DNA of 64,000 bases from an uncultured Dysgonomonadaceae bacterium (GCA_964640575.1 CAZXGV010000001.1:6815-70814); one strand, 5' to 3'; positions 18,717-26,419 are shown, counted from the stretch's first letter. A program made the numbers and translations. Notes: generated by a model from the sequence alone, not told the origin.

Positions 18717-19039
18717 AAGTAGCAATAGCTTCAACTGGAAGCACGCTTGAATCGACTGTAGATAGTAGCTTTGGTCGCTGTGCTTGGTTCATTATAATTG
18801 ATACCGAGAGTGGTGGAATGGAATTTATTCCCAACACCAATCGCGATTTGGAGGAGCATGCTGGCAAAGCGGCAGTAGAGTTGGTGGCGACACGCAATGT
18901 GGAGATGATTGTGTCGGGTGAATTTGGTGCTAAAATCAAGCCATTGCTTGATAGCATGCACATACAGATGGTGGTGATAAAGGATTCGGAAAAAAGAATC
19001 AGTGATATCATCACATTATTAAATAATAGGAGAAAATAG
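18713..19039 (+). CDS. NifX/NifB-C-terminal-like (dinitrogenase FeMo-cofactor-binding fold, COG1433-type) small protein 1
   Basis: 108 aa with MKVAIAS...SSFGRCAWFIIID...HAGKAAVELVATRNVEMIVSGEFGAKIKPLL. This is the typical hFGR...f.i.D / G.G. architecture. An ATGA overlap links it to the upstream gene. Confidence 0.8.
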   Translation: MKVAIASTGSTLESTVDSSFGRCAWFIIIDTESGGMEFIPNTNRDLEEHAGKAAVELVATRNVEMIVSGEFGAKIKPLLDSMHIQMVVIKDSEKRISDIITLLNNRRK

Positions 19040-19042
19040 ATT

Positions 19043-19228
19043 ATGCCAAAATTAGATGGTACAGGTCCCGAAGGAAAGGGCAAAGGAACAGGAAGAGGAC
19101 TGGGAAAGTGTAGGGATGTTTCTGACGAAGAGAAACTCGCAAAACTAGGTAAAGGAATGGGTAAGAGACGCAATTCATGCACAGAGGAAGGTCGTGGTAA
19201 GCGGCTGAATGCAGGGTTGAGAAAATAA
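19043..19228 (+). CDS. DUF5320-like Gly/Lys/Arg-rich mini-protein 1 (61 aa)
   Basis: The N-terminus is MPKLDGTGPEGKGKGTGRGLGKC, which fits the MPxxDGTGPxGxGPxTGRGxGxC head I associate with DUF5320. It starts 3 nt after the previous stop. Confidence 0.7.
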   Translation: MPKLDGTGPEGKGKGTGRGLGKCRDVSDEEKLAKLGKGMGKRRNSCTEEGRGKRLNAGLRK

Positions 19229-19256
19229 TTTAACTAACTTAAAATAGGAGGGCACA

Positions 19257-19574
19257 ATGCCAAATTTAAATCAAAGAGGTCCGATGGGAGAAGGTCCCAT
19301 GACAGGGCGCAAAATTGGTCGTTGCACCAATATGGGTGCGAGACGCAGAAATCAAATAATAGAAGAGAACGAGAATGTTGAAAGTTCAATGAATGATGAT
19401 TACCGTGGACAGGGTTTTGGAAGAGGTCGTGGACGTGGACGTGGAATGGGGCGAGGCTTAAGAAACGCTATGAGTTTCAATCGTGGTGGTGGTCGCGGAA
19501 TCGGGCGAAACCGTGGAAGCGATGGTCGTGGGATGGGAATGGGTCGCAGATTTCGTGACGGCATTCAAGAGTAA
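19257..19574 (+). CDS. DUF5320-like mini-protein 2 with an Arg-Gly repeat tail (105 aa)
   Basis: The N-terminus is MPNLNQRGPMGEGPMTGRKIGRC. The tail is GQGFGRGRGRGRGMGRGLRN...NRGGGRGIGRNRGSDGRGMGMGRRFRDG. Confidence 0.7.
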   Translation: MPNLNQRGPMGEGPMTGRKIGRCTNMGARRRNQIIEENENVESSMNDDYRGQGFGRGRGRGRGMGRGLRNAMSFNRGGGRGIGRNRGSDGRGMGMGRRFRDGIQE

Positions 19575-19609
19575 CTTTCAATAGGATTATCAAACAACTA
19601 TAATAAAAT

Positions 19610-19637
19610 ACAAGCTTTATTTAGAAATAAGGCTTGT
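19610..19637 (+). other. 12-bp stem-loop in the 91-nt intra-operon gap
   Basis: ACAAGCTTTATT-taga-AATAAGGCTTGT (one G-U pair). It is followed by gttacttt rather than a clean T-run. Confidence 0.45.
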
Positions 19638-19665
19638 GTTACTTTAAAACAAAACAAACTTAACT

Positions 19666-20034
19666 ATGACAAAGAAAAGAATCGCAATTCCGATGGTCAA
19701 CAACTTGTTATCGGAACATTTTGGACATTGCCAAGCATTTGCATTTGTGGATGTCGAAAACGACATCATCACAGAAATTACAACGTTAGATCCACCCGAA
19801 CACACACCAGGGTCTTTCCCCAAATGGGTGGCTGCAAATGGTGCTACTGATGTAATTGCCGGAGGCATGGGAGGCAAGGCTATCGCTCTGTTCAACCAAT
19901 ATGGAGTAAATGCTTTTGTGGGTGCACCAGTGGATACACCAGCCAATTTGGTGAATAAGTTTATTGCAGGCGAATTGACATTGAGTGCCAACTATTGTAG
20001 TCATGATGAAAACCATAGTTGTGGTGGTCATTAA
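19666..20034 (+). CDS. NifX-like (COG1433-type) small protein 2 with a Cys/His tail
   Basis: 122 aa with RIAIPMVNNLLSEHFGHCQAFAFVDVEN...TDVIAGGMGGKAIALFNQYGVNAFVG. The C-terminus is NYCSHDENHSCGGH. Confidence 0.8.
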   Translation: MTKKRIAIPMVNNLLSEHFGHCQAFAFVDVENDIITEITTLDPPEHTPGSFPKWVAANGATDVIAGGMGGKAIALFNQYGVNAFVGAPVDTPANLVNKFIAGELTLSANYCSHDENHSCGGH

Positions 20035-20067
20035 GTTAGCTGTATCACTATCAGAGAATTTAAACAC

Positions 20068-20952
20068 ATGACTAACCAACAAACATTCAAGATAGCGATT
20101 GCTAGCGGAAAAGGGGGGACAGGTAAAACAACCCTCTCTACCAATTTAGCTGCATATATTGCCGAGCGCGAAGCGGTGGTGTTGGTTGATCTTGATGTGG
20201 AAGAACCCAACTCTGGTCTGTTTTTCGATGGCACTTTGGTGCACGAAGAGGATAATCATAACATGACACCCAATTGGGACTCAAGTAAGTGCACCCTTTG
20301 TGGGCTTTGTGAAGAGGTGTGCAATTTTAATGCAATCATCCAACTTGGTGATTCAATAATGGTTTATCCAAAATTGTGTCATAGCTGTTATGCATGTTCC
20401 GAATTATGTCCCGAAAATGCATTGCCCATGGAGCCAACCAAGATTGGGAAGTTACTCGACTTCAAATGGGGCAAGTTGCATTATGTAGAGAGTCGTCTCA
20501 ATGTTGGCGAAGAGCAAGCGGTGTCGAGTATCGCCAAAACTAAACGATATATTGCAGAGAAATATCCACACCTTTCGTTTGCCATTTTCGACTCTCCACC
20601 TGGCACATCGTGCCCCGTGATGGAGGCAACCAAAGATGCAGATTATGTGATATTGGTTACCGAGCCTACACCCTTTGGGCTGCACGACCTGAAACTGGCT
20701 GTTGAAACTATGCGCAAACTTGAAAGAGATTTTGGCGTAGTTATCAATCGTGACGGAATAGGTGATGAAGAGGTAATCAACTATTGTAGTGTAGAGGGCA
20801 TTGAGATATTGTCTAAAATACCCAACAACCGAAAGATAGCAGAGCTATACTCCAAGGGGCATCTTATATATCCTGAGTTCCCAGAAGTGGAAACAGCATT
20901 GAGAGCTATTTTGGAGCACTGCATATCTATAAAGGAAGGAGCACACAAATGA
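20068..20952 (+). CDS. MinD/ParA/NifH-class P-loop ATPase with an inserted 2x[4Fe-4S] ferredoxin domain (COG1149-type), copy A
   Basis: The deviant Walker A is IAIASGKGGTGKTT. Cluster motifs are CTLCGLCEEVC and CHSCYACSELCP. The Walker B region is AIFDSPPGTSCPV. Confidence 0.85.
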   Translation: MTNQQTFKIAIASGKGGTGKTTLSTNLAAYIAEREAVVLVDLDVEEPNSGLFFDGTLVHEEDNHNMTPNWDSSKCTLCGLCEEVCNFNAIIQLGDSIMVYPKLCHSCYACSELCPENALPMEPTKIGKLLDFKWGKLHYVESRLNVGEEQAVSSIAKTKRYIAEKYPHLSFAIFDSPPGTSCPVMEATKDADYVILVTEPTPFGLHDLKLAVETMRKLERDFGVVINRDGIGDEEVINYCSVEGIEILSKIPNNRKIAELYSKGHLIYPEFPEVETALRAILEHCISIKEGAHK

Positions 20953-21872
20953 AAGAGATTGTAGTAATATCAGGTAAGGGTGGAACTGGCAAAACATCGC
21001 TCACAGCTTCGTTTGGCATGATGGGGGCAAAAGATGTAGTGCTAGCCGATTGCGATGTGGATGCTGCAGACATGCATCTATTGATGCAACCAGATTTTGA
21101 GTCTTCTGAAGATTTCTTTAGTGGTGAAGTTGCTTACATCGATCAGAGCAATTGTATTAGTTGTGGTATATGTCAAGATGTGTGCAGGTTTGATGCCATT
21201 TCTGTACACAACGAGCAGTATATTGTCGCACCATTAGATTGTGAAGGATGTGGCTATTGTGCTCGTGTGTGTCCAACGGAAACGATTATTAATAAAGACC
21301 TATTGGTCGGACAACTTTTTATTTCCAACGTAAAAACAAACAGTAAAATGGTGCATGCTCGTCTCGGTATTGGAGCAGACAACTCTGGTAAGTTGGTAGC
21401 CAAAGTGAAAGATGAAGCCAAAGTGCTTGCTCAAAAACATCAGAAAAATTATGTGTTGGTAGATGGTTCGCCAGGCGTTGGTTGTCCAGTAATTTCATCG
21501 CTTTCAGGCGCTAACTTTGCTGTGTTGATTACTGAACCAACCATATCGGGCATCCACGATTTGAAGCGGGTGTATGAATTGGTGAAGAAGTTCAATATCA
21601 AAGCGGGATGCATTATCAACAAAGCCGATGTAAATGTTGAAAAGCAGGCAGAGATAAAACAATTCTTATCGGATGAAGGTATTGAACATTTAATAGATTT
21701 GCCCTACAATGAGGACTTTATCAAAGCTATGACGCTTGGTCAGACTATTGTAGAGTATGATAATGACAATAAAGAATTGACCAACCTGTTAGAACAGGTT
21801 TGGGAGAAAATAAAAGAATTAACAAACAAAAAAGAAGAAAATAATGAAAATAGCTTTTACTGCTGCGGGTAA
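20949..21872 (+). CDS. MinD/ParA/NifH-class P-loop ATPase with an inserted 2x[4Fe-4S] ferredoxin domain (COG1149-type), copy B
   Basis: The deviant Walker A is VVISGKGGTGKTS. Cluster motifs are CISCGICQDVC and CEGCGYCARVCP. The Walker B region is VLVDGSPGVGCPV and the protein ends ..FYCCG. An ATGA overlap links it to copy A. Confidence 0.85.
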   Translation: MKEIVVISGKGGTGKTSLTASFGMMGAKDVVLADCDVDAADMHLLMQPDFESSEDFFSGEVAYIDQSNCISCGICQDVCRFDAISVHNEQYIVAPLDCEGCGYCARVCPTETIINKDLLVGQLFISNVKTNSKMVHARLGIGADNSGKLVAKVKDEAKVLAQKHQKNYVLVDGSPGVGCPVISSLSGANFAVLITEPTISGIHDLKRVYELVKKFNIKAGCIINKADVNVEKQAEIKQFLSDEGIEHLIDLPYNEDFIKAMTLGQTIVEYDNDNKELTNLLEQVWEKIKELTNKKEENNENSFYCCG

Positions 21873-22182
21873 AGATTGGGATGCAATGATTGACCCACGA
21901 TTTGGCAGAACAGAATACATTGTAGTTTTTGATGAGGCAACAGAAGAGTTGTCAGTAATTGATAATAGTGCAGTTAAAAACGAAGCACATGGTGCAGGCA
22001 CTGCAACTTCGAAGAAGATATTTGAACTCAACCCCGATGTGTTGATAACAGGAAATGGTCCGGGTGATAATGCTGCAATGGCATTGGAGAAGATGAATAT
22101 GAAGATATTTGTGGGTGCGCAAGACTTGACGCTGAAGCAGGCGTTGGAGAAGTACCGCAATGCAGAGTTGAAAGAGATATAA
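21844..22182 (+). CDS. NifX-like (COG1433-type) small protein 3
   Basis: 112 aa with MKIAFTAAG...PRFGRTEYIVVFD...HGAGTATSKKIFELNPDVLITGNGPGDNAAMAL. It overlaps ATPase B by 29 nt. Confidence 0.8.
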   Translation: MKIAFTAAGKDWDAMIDPRFGRTEYIVVFDEATEELSVIDNSAVKNEAHGAGTATSKKIFELNPDVLITGNGPGDNAAMALEKMNMKIFVGAQDLTLKQALEKYRNAELKEI

Positions 22183-22198
22183 TACAACTCTTGATTTA

Positions 22199-22239
22199 CT
22201 GGAAGCTTCTACAAATGTACAAGAAGCTTCCAGCTTTTT
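22199..22239 (+). terminator. strong rho-independent terminator closing the eight-gene operon
   Basis: A perfect 12-bp stem, CTGGAAGCTTCT (22199-22210) and AGAAGCTTCCAG (22222-22233), with an 11-nt loop, followed by CTTTTT. Confidence 0.8.
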
Positions 22240-22301
22240 GATCCTGTAAATATAGATTGCCAAAGCAAGGTGCTTTGGGTGCACTGCACACACACTATAA
22301 A

Positions 22302-22799
22302 TTATACTATCTCGGCAAACAGTTCTCTGTTGTAGTCAACATACTTGGCAATGATTTCTGTTTGCGCTTTCTCTATTTGATAATACTGTTCTTCAATTTC
22401 GTCAAACTCTTCAAAGTCTACATACATGGAGTGAAACTCCTCGTCTGTTGTGTCTCTTTCCAACTCTTCGCGGTTGGCATCGAATATCTCTTTGGCTCTA
22501 TAGATAAGCTTTGCTGTTCCATTGGCTCCAAATAGTTTTAAAGCTTTTGCAGTAGGATTGTCAAAGATATAACCGCCATATCCGTTTTGTATCAACTGTA
22601 CAAAACCTCCGTGATTTACTTCTTCCCAAAAGAATCGATAGGCAAGCAGAGCATGTTGGTGACCGTTGAGTTTTTGCATATTCTCTGCATTTAATTCATT
22701 GTCAATTTTGGCAAGGTATGCATCGGTGTATAGATTGATATAATCAATTGGCTCCTTCTTGAGGCTATCGGCAATTTGTTTTTCTGTAATTTGTATCAT
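22302..22799 (-). CDS. DUF4375 / DMP19-like protein
   Basis: ORF 22302..22838 with the likely start at MIQITEKQ (22799). The core FFWEEVNHGGFVQLIQNGYGGYIFDNP resembles the NGGFxQ core of the DMP19 C-terminal domain family. The call is from memory. Confidence 0.6.
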   Translation of the reverse strand: MIQITEKQIADSLKKEPIDYINLYTDAYLAKIDNELNAENMQKLNGHQHALLAYRFFWEEVNHGGFVQLIQNGYGGYIFDNPTAKALKLFGANGTAKLIYRAKEIFDANREELERDTTDEEFHSMYVDFEEFDEIEEQYYQIEKAQTEIIAKYVDYNRELFAEIV

Positions 22800-22875
22800 A
22801 ATAGTAGGTATTGTTTTGTTTCGGCAAATATAGAACATTTTTAATGAAAAGGAACTATTATCGGTTTGGTCTAAC

Positions 22876-23766
22876 TTATCTTTCTTTTCTCCATAGTTGA
22901 TAACTATTTACTATGTTTTGCCATAATACATAAGCGCCAGGTCCTATAGATGCAACGGGGTTAAGGTATGTTTGGGTGAGCCATATAGCAAGGATTGTAT
23001 TCTTTTGTCCCAAACCTTGTCCGCCAGAAACAGTTCTGTTGTATTTTCTCCCAATTCGTCGTCCAAACCAAAACTGTAACAAGCAAATAATTAATGTAAC
23101 TCCAGCAATAGTTATTTCTAATGTATAGGATTTGCTGTCTTGCATGCTGATGAACATGGCAACACGGCTGATGACAATTGTAAGTGCTATAGCCCAAAGA
23201 TAGAAGGACACTATTTGTGCTGAACGCACCATGTCGTGTAGCTTGGGACTTATCTTCCTTAGCGTCAAGGCAAAAATGAAAGGAAGCAACAACACGGGAA
23301 ATACTTTTTTTAAAATGATAAGTACCGAAGCACCAAAAGAGATTGTTTCAGCTGAAGCATTGCCCATTACGGCTAGAAACAGAGGTGATAAAAGTGCAAC
23401 TGACAAATTGCTAATGAATGAGTAAGCAGCTATTGAAGAGATATTACCTCCTAAAAGTCCTGTGATAACTGGAGCAGAGGCTGCAGTAGGTGCAAGCACA
23501 CAAATCATGGCGGCTTGTGCCAATGTGGTGTTGAACTTAAAGAAAAGTAGGTATACTAAAATGCTTCCAATATATTGAATCCCCAAAAGAATGTAGTGAA
23601 ACTTTGTGAGGCGAATATCACGTAATAATATACGACTATACGTGATGAAAAGCATCACAAAAAGCAGATAGGGAATAAGTGGTGCAAATAGTGCGAGTTG
23701 TTTGTAGAAAACAATACCAACAACCATGGCTATTGGCAGCATATACTGTCTTATGAATTGTTGCAC
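22876..23766 (-). CDS. polytopic membrane transporter, possibly bile acid:Na+ symporter (BASS/SBF-like) family
   Basis: 296 aa with about 9 hydrophobic segments. The LAPTAASAPVITGLLGGN segment is reminiscent of BASS or Acr3-type transporters. The family assignment is tentative. Confidence 0.5.
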   Translation of the reverse strand: MQQFIRQYMLPIAMVVGIVFYKQLALFAPLIPYLLFVMLFITYSRILLRDIRLTKFHYILLGIQYIGSILVYLLFFKFNTTLAQAAMICVLAPTAASAPVITGLLGGNISSIAAYSFISNLSVALLSPLFLAVMGNASAETISFGASVLIILKKVFPVLLLPFIFALTLRKISPKLHDMVRSAQIVSFYLWAIALTIVISRVAMFISMQDSKSYTLEITIAGVTLIICLLQFWFGRRIGRKYNRTVSGGQGLGQKNTILAIWLTQTYLNPVASIGPGAYVLWQNIVNSYQLWRKER

Positions 23767-23769
23767 AAT

Positions 23770-24690
23770 CTATTTATTGTAATAGTCGGAAGGACTATCT
23801 GATTTTTCGGGAACTCTGTTTTTATCTCGGTAGTTAATATCGATGAGCAACTGTTTCTTGTCGAAAACATAATCTGTTATGAATTGCTCTATCTCTGGTA
23901 GGAAATCTTTCATTGGATATTCGGCTACTTCGTGCCCGTTGTCTTCCATAGAGTAGAAAAGATAGGGATATTCATTTTTTCGAAACTCTTTAGCAAGGGT
24001 GTTAGACCCGAACATACCGATGCGAAAGAAACGACTGTTATTGTAGGGTACTAACTTATCGGCACTACCATGAAACAGTAGGGTAGGAGCAGGTGTAATT
24101 TCGTAAGAAGGTGCACCCTCACGACTAAAGATACTACCTGAAAAGGCAATTACTCCTGCGTATTGAAATTCGAGAGGCAAAATGTCTGCAGACTCAAAGC
24201 TATTTCGTTTTTCGTAATCTGCCTGTAGTACTGCTATTGCGCCAGCACTCGAACCACTTATTATTATTTGAGTGGTGTCGATATTCAATTCATGAGCATT
24301 CTTTAACAAGTAATTGGTAGCAGTGTACAAATCTTCTACTGCCAACTCTATTGCGTTTTGCATTGGTTTATAGTTTAACATTGAAGGAGCTTTCTCATCC
24401 TTCATTCCTAAACGATAGTCGATTGAAACAACAGTAAAGCCTTTGTCGGCAAAATAATTGAAGTAGTCACTGTATGTTTTTGAATCACGTGTCCCTTCCT
24501 TAAATCCACCGCCAAACACAAACATCAAACACGGCTGCGCTTCACCCGTATAGGCTGAGTATAAATCCAATTGTAATGTTTGCGAGTCTCTACTTGTATA
24601 AGTGTAAGTTTGCTTTTGTGGTGTTGCTGCAAGTAATAGAATAGGCAATAACCATACAGCAAGCAGTATGAGTCGATTGTGTAGTTTCAT
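23770..24690 (-). CDS. secreted alpha/beta-hydrolase (esterase/lipase type)
   Basis: It has a signal peptide, an oxyanion-type motif VFGGGFKEG, the nucleophile elbow GSSAGA and a late HGSADKLVP .. GHE triad region. Confidence 0.75.
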   Translation of the reverse strand: MKLHNRLILLAVWLLPILLLAATPQKQTYTYTSRDSQTLQLDLYSAYTGEAQPCLMFVFGGGFKEGTRDSKTYSDYFNYFADKGFTVVSIDYRLGMKDEKAPSMLNYKPMQNAIELAVEDLYTATNYLLKNAHELNIDTTQIIISGSSAGAIAVLQADYEKRNSFESADILPLEFQYAGVIAFSGSIFSREGAPSYEITPAPTLLFHGSADKLVPYNNSRFFRIGMFGSNTLAKEFRKNEYPYLFYSMEDNGHEVAEYPMKDFLPEIEQFITDYVFDKKQLLIDINYRDKNRVPEKSDSPSDYYNK

Positions 24691-24733
24691 AAATCTATTT
24701 TATTGATTAGTAGAAAAATGGATATAAATATGA

Positions 24734-25300
24734 TTAACTTTTTCCTGTAAATTCTCTAATAAGCTTTACTGTATCTCTTTTAGCTTTATCGAAGTCGTCG
24801 TTCATTATTATCGCATCAAATTGGGGGGCAAAACTCATTTCGTGTGTTGCTTTGTCTAAGCGATTTTGAATAACGTCGGGGGTATCTGTTCCTCGTTTTT
24901 CTAAACGATTTCGCAATTCATCCACAGATGGAGGCATAATGAAAATTGCAAGTGCTTTATCTCCATAAATTTTCTTTATGGCTAACCCACCTACACAATC
25001 AACATCGAAAACTACATTGTTCCCAGCTGCTAATATGCGATCTACTTCACTTTTTAGTGTGCCGTAGAAGTTGTCTTCATATACTTCTTCGTATTCTAAA
25101 AACTCTTCATTTTTGATACGAATTTTGAATTCATCGGGAGAAAGAAAGTAATACTCCACTCCATGTTTCTCTTTACCCCGTGGTTCTCTACTTGTTGCCG
25201 AAATTGAAAATTGAAGATTCAGGTTTTTATTAAGAAGGTAACGTACAATAGTAGATTTACCTGTTCCTGAAGGTGCAGAAAATATGATCAACTTTCCCAT
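24734..25300 (-). CDS. gmk: guanylate kinase
   Basis: 188 aa. Motifs include the P-loop SAPSGTGKST, SATSREPRGKEKHGVEYYF and GNNVVFDVD. Confidence 0.92.
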   Translation of the reverse strand: MGKLIIFSAPSGTGKSTIVRYLLNKNLNLQFSISATSREPRGKEKHGVEYYFLSPDEFKIRIKNEEFLEYEEVYEDNFYGTLKSEVDRILAAGNNVVFDVDCVGGLAIKKIYGDKALAIFIMPPSVDELRNRLEKRGTDTPDVIQNRLDKATHEMSFAPQFDAIIMNDDFDKAKRDTVKLIREFTGKS

Positions 25301-25326
25301 AATACTATATCCTTTCTTTTTGCTAT

Positions 25327-26199
25327 TTATAAAACATTTAATATTTGCTCTTTAATTTGTTCCATTTCATCTTTCATTTGCACCACTATGCGTTGCATAT
25401 TCGAGTCATTTGATTTAGAGCCCAATGTATTTACTTCACGTCCAATCTCCTGAACAATGAATCCTAGTTTTTTTCCTTGTGAAGTGTCTGATTCAATTGT
25501 TTCTAAAAAATAATCTAGATGATTGAGTAAACGAGTTTTCTCTTCATTCACATCCAGCTTTTCTATATAATAGATTAGCTCTTGTTCAAGTCGATTGCCA
25601 TCGTAGGTCACATTCTCTAAGTTGTTGAGTGCATCTGTGATACGAGTTTTCACTTTTTCTAGTCGCTCTGCTTCAAATTTTTCAAGTTCAAGAGTAAGTT
25701 TTTTAATATTGGAGATATTGGTAAGCATTGTTTGCTTTAGTGCTTCGCCCTCTTGATGACGGAATGAGATTAAAGTAGCCACAGCGCCATCAACTGCTTT
25801 TTCAACTACCGACCATTCCTCTTCATTCAGTTTTTCTGGCTCTTGTTTGAATACATCGGGAAGTTTAAAAAGAATTTCTAACCAATTGGTCGGTTCCTCA
25901 ATGTCGAGTGCAGCAGCAAGCTGCTTTACTTCATTGTGATAGTTTTTGAGGCGTGCTTCATCAATCTTAACAGCAGAGTCATTATCTGACTCTTCTACAT
26001 TGATAAATAGCTCAACTCTACCACGTTCTAAAATCTTCGATAAATCGTTACGCAAGGCTATCTCTTTTTCTTTATAAATATGCGGAATGCGTGTAAATAA
26101 ATCAAACTGCTTGCCGTTGAGTGATTTTATTTCTACAGTTATTTTCTTTCCAGGAAGTTCAGCTGTAGCTTTACCATATCCTGTCATTGAGTGTATCAT
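25327..26199 (-). CDS. yicC: YicC-family protein
   Basis: ORF 25327..26493, but the YicC homology starts at MIHSMTGYGKA (26199) and ends ..GFIVQEIGREVNTLGSKSND..KEQILNVL. The 98 upstream codons are low-complexity read-through that overlaps the neighbouring gene and a terminator. Confidence 0.85.
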   Translation of the reverse strand: MIHSMTGYGKATAELPGKKITVEIKSLNGKQFDLFTRIPHIYKEKEIALRNDLSKILERGRVELFINVEESDNDSAVKIDEARLKNYHNEVKQLAAALDIEEPTNWLEILFKLPDVFKQEPEKLNEEEWSVVEKAVDGAVATLISFRHQEGEALKQTMLTNISNIKKLTLELEKFEAERLEKVKTRITDALNNLENVTYDGNRLEQELIYYIEKLDVNEEKTRLLNHLDYFLETIESDTSQGKKLGFIVQEIGREVNTLGSKSNDSNMQRIVVQMKDEMEQIKEQILNVL

Positions 26200-26384
26200 C
26201 TTCTTTTTTATACAAATGTAAGTAAAAACTGTCGTATTCTGATAGTTAGAGTGGGGAAAGTGTGGAATAAGTTCTTTTTTTGTGTTGATGTGTAAGGGGA
26301 AATGTAAGGGATGGGTACAGAAAAGCTGTGAGATTGATGCAATAATAATAATCTGAATGCGGTGTGGGCGTTGTGTGTATATAC

Positions 26385-26419
26385 AAAAAAAGCTACTCTT
26401 AAAAGAGCAGCTTTTTTTT
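26385..26419 (-). terminator. terminator after the response-regulator gene
   Basis: The plus strand reads A-run, AGCTACTCT, taaa, AGAGCAGCT, T-run. On the minus strand the hairpin is followed by TTTTTT. Confidence 0.55.

Noticed and set aside
18661-19182. The 173-aa minus-strand ORF across the NifX1/DUF5320 genes (and the similar antisense ORFs 19644..19991, 19786..20082 and 21819..22187)
   Set aside because: They are antisense to well-supported genes. Their composition is Ser/Pro/Leu-rich, typical of the reverse frame of coding DNA, and they have no recognisable motifs.
18713-22182. Annotating the cluster as nitrogen-fixation (nif) genes because of the NifX/NifB-like domains
   Set aside because: No nifH, nifDK, nifEN or radical-SAM nifB is present. 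The ATPases have MinD-type architecture with ferredoxin inserts rather than the NifH architecture. The small NifX-fold proteins are widespread in non-diazotrophic anaerobes.
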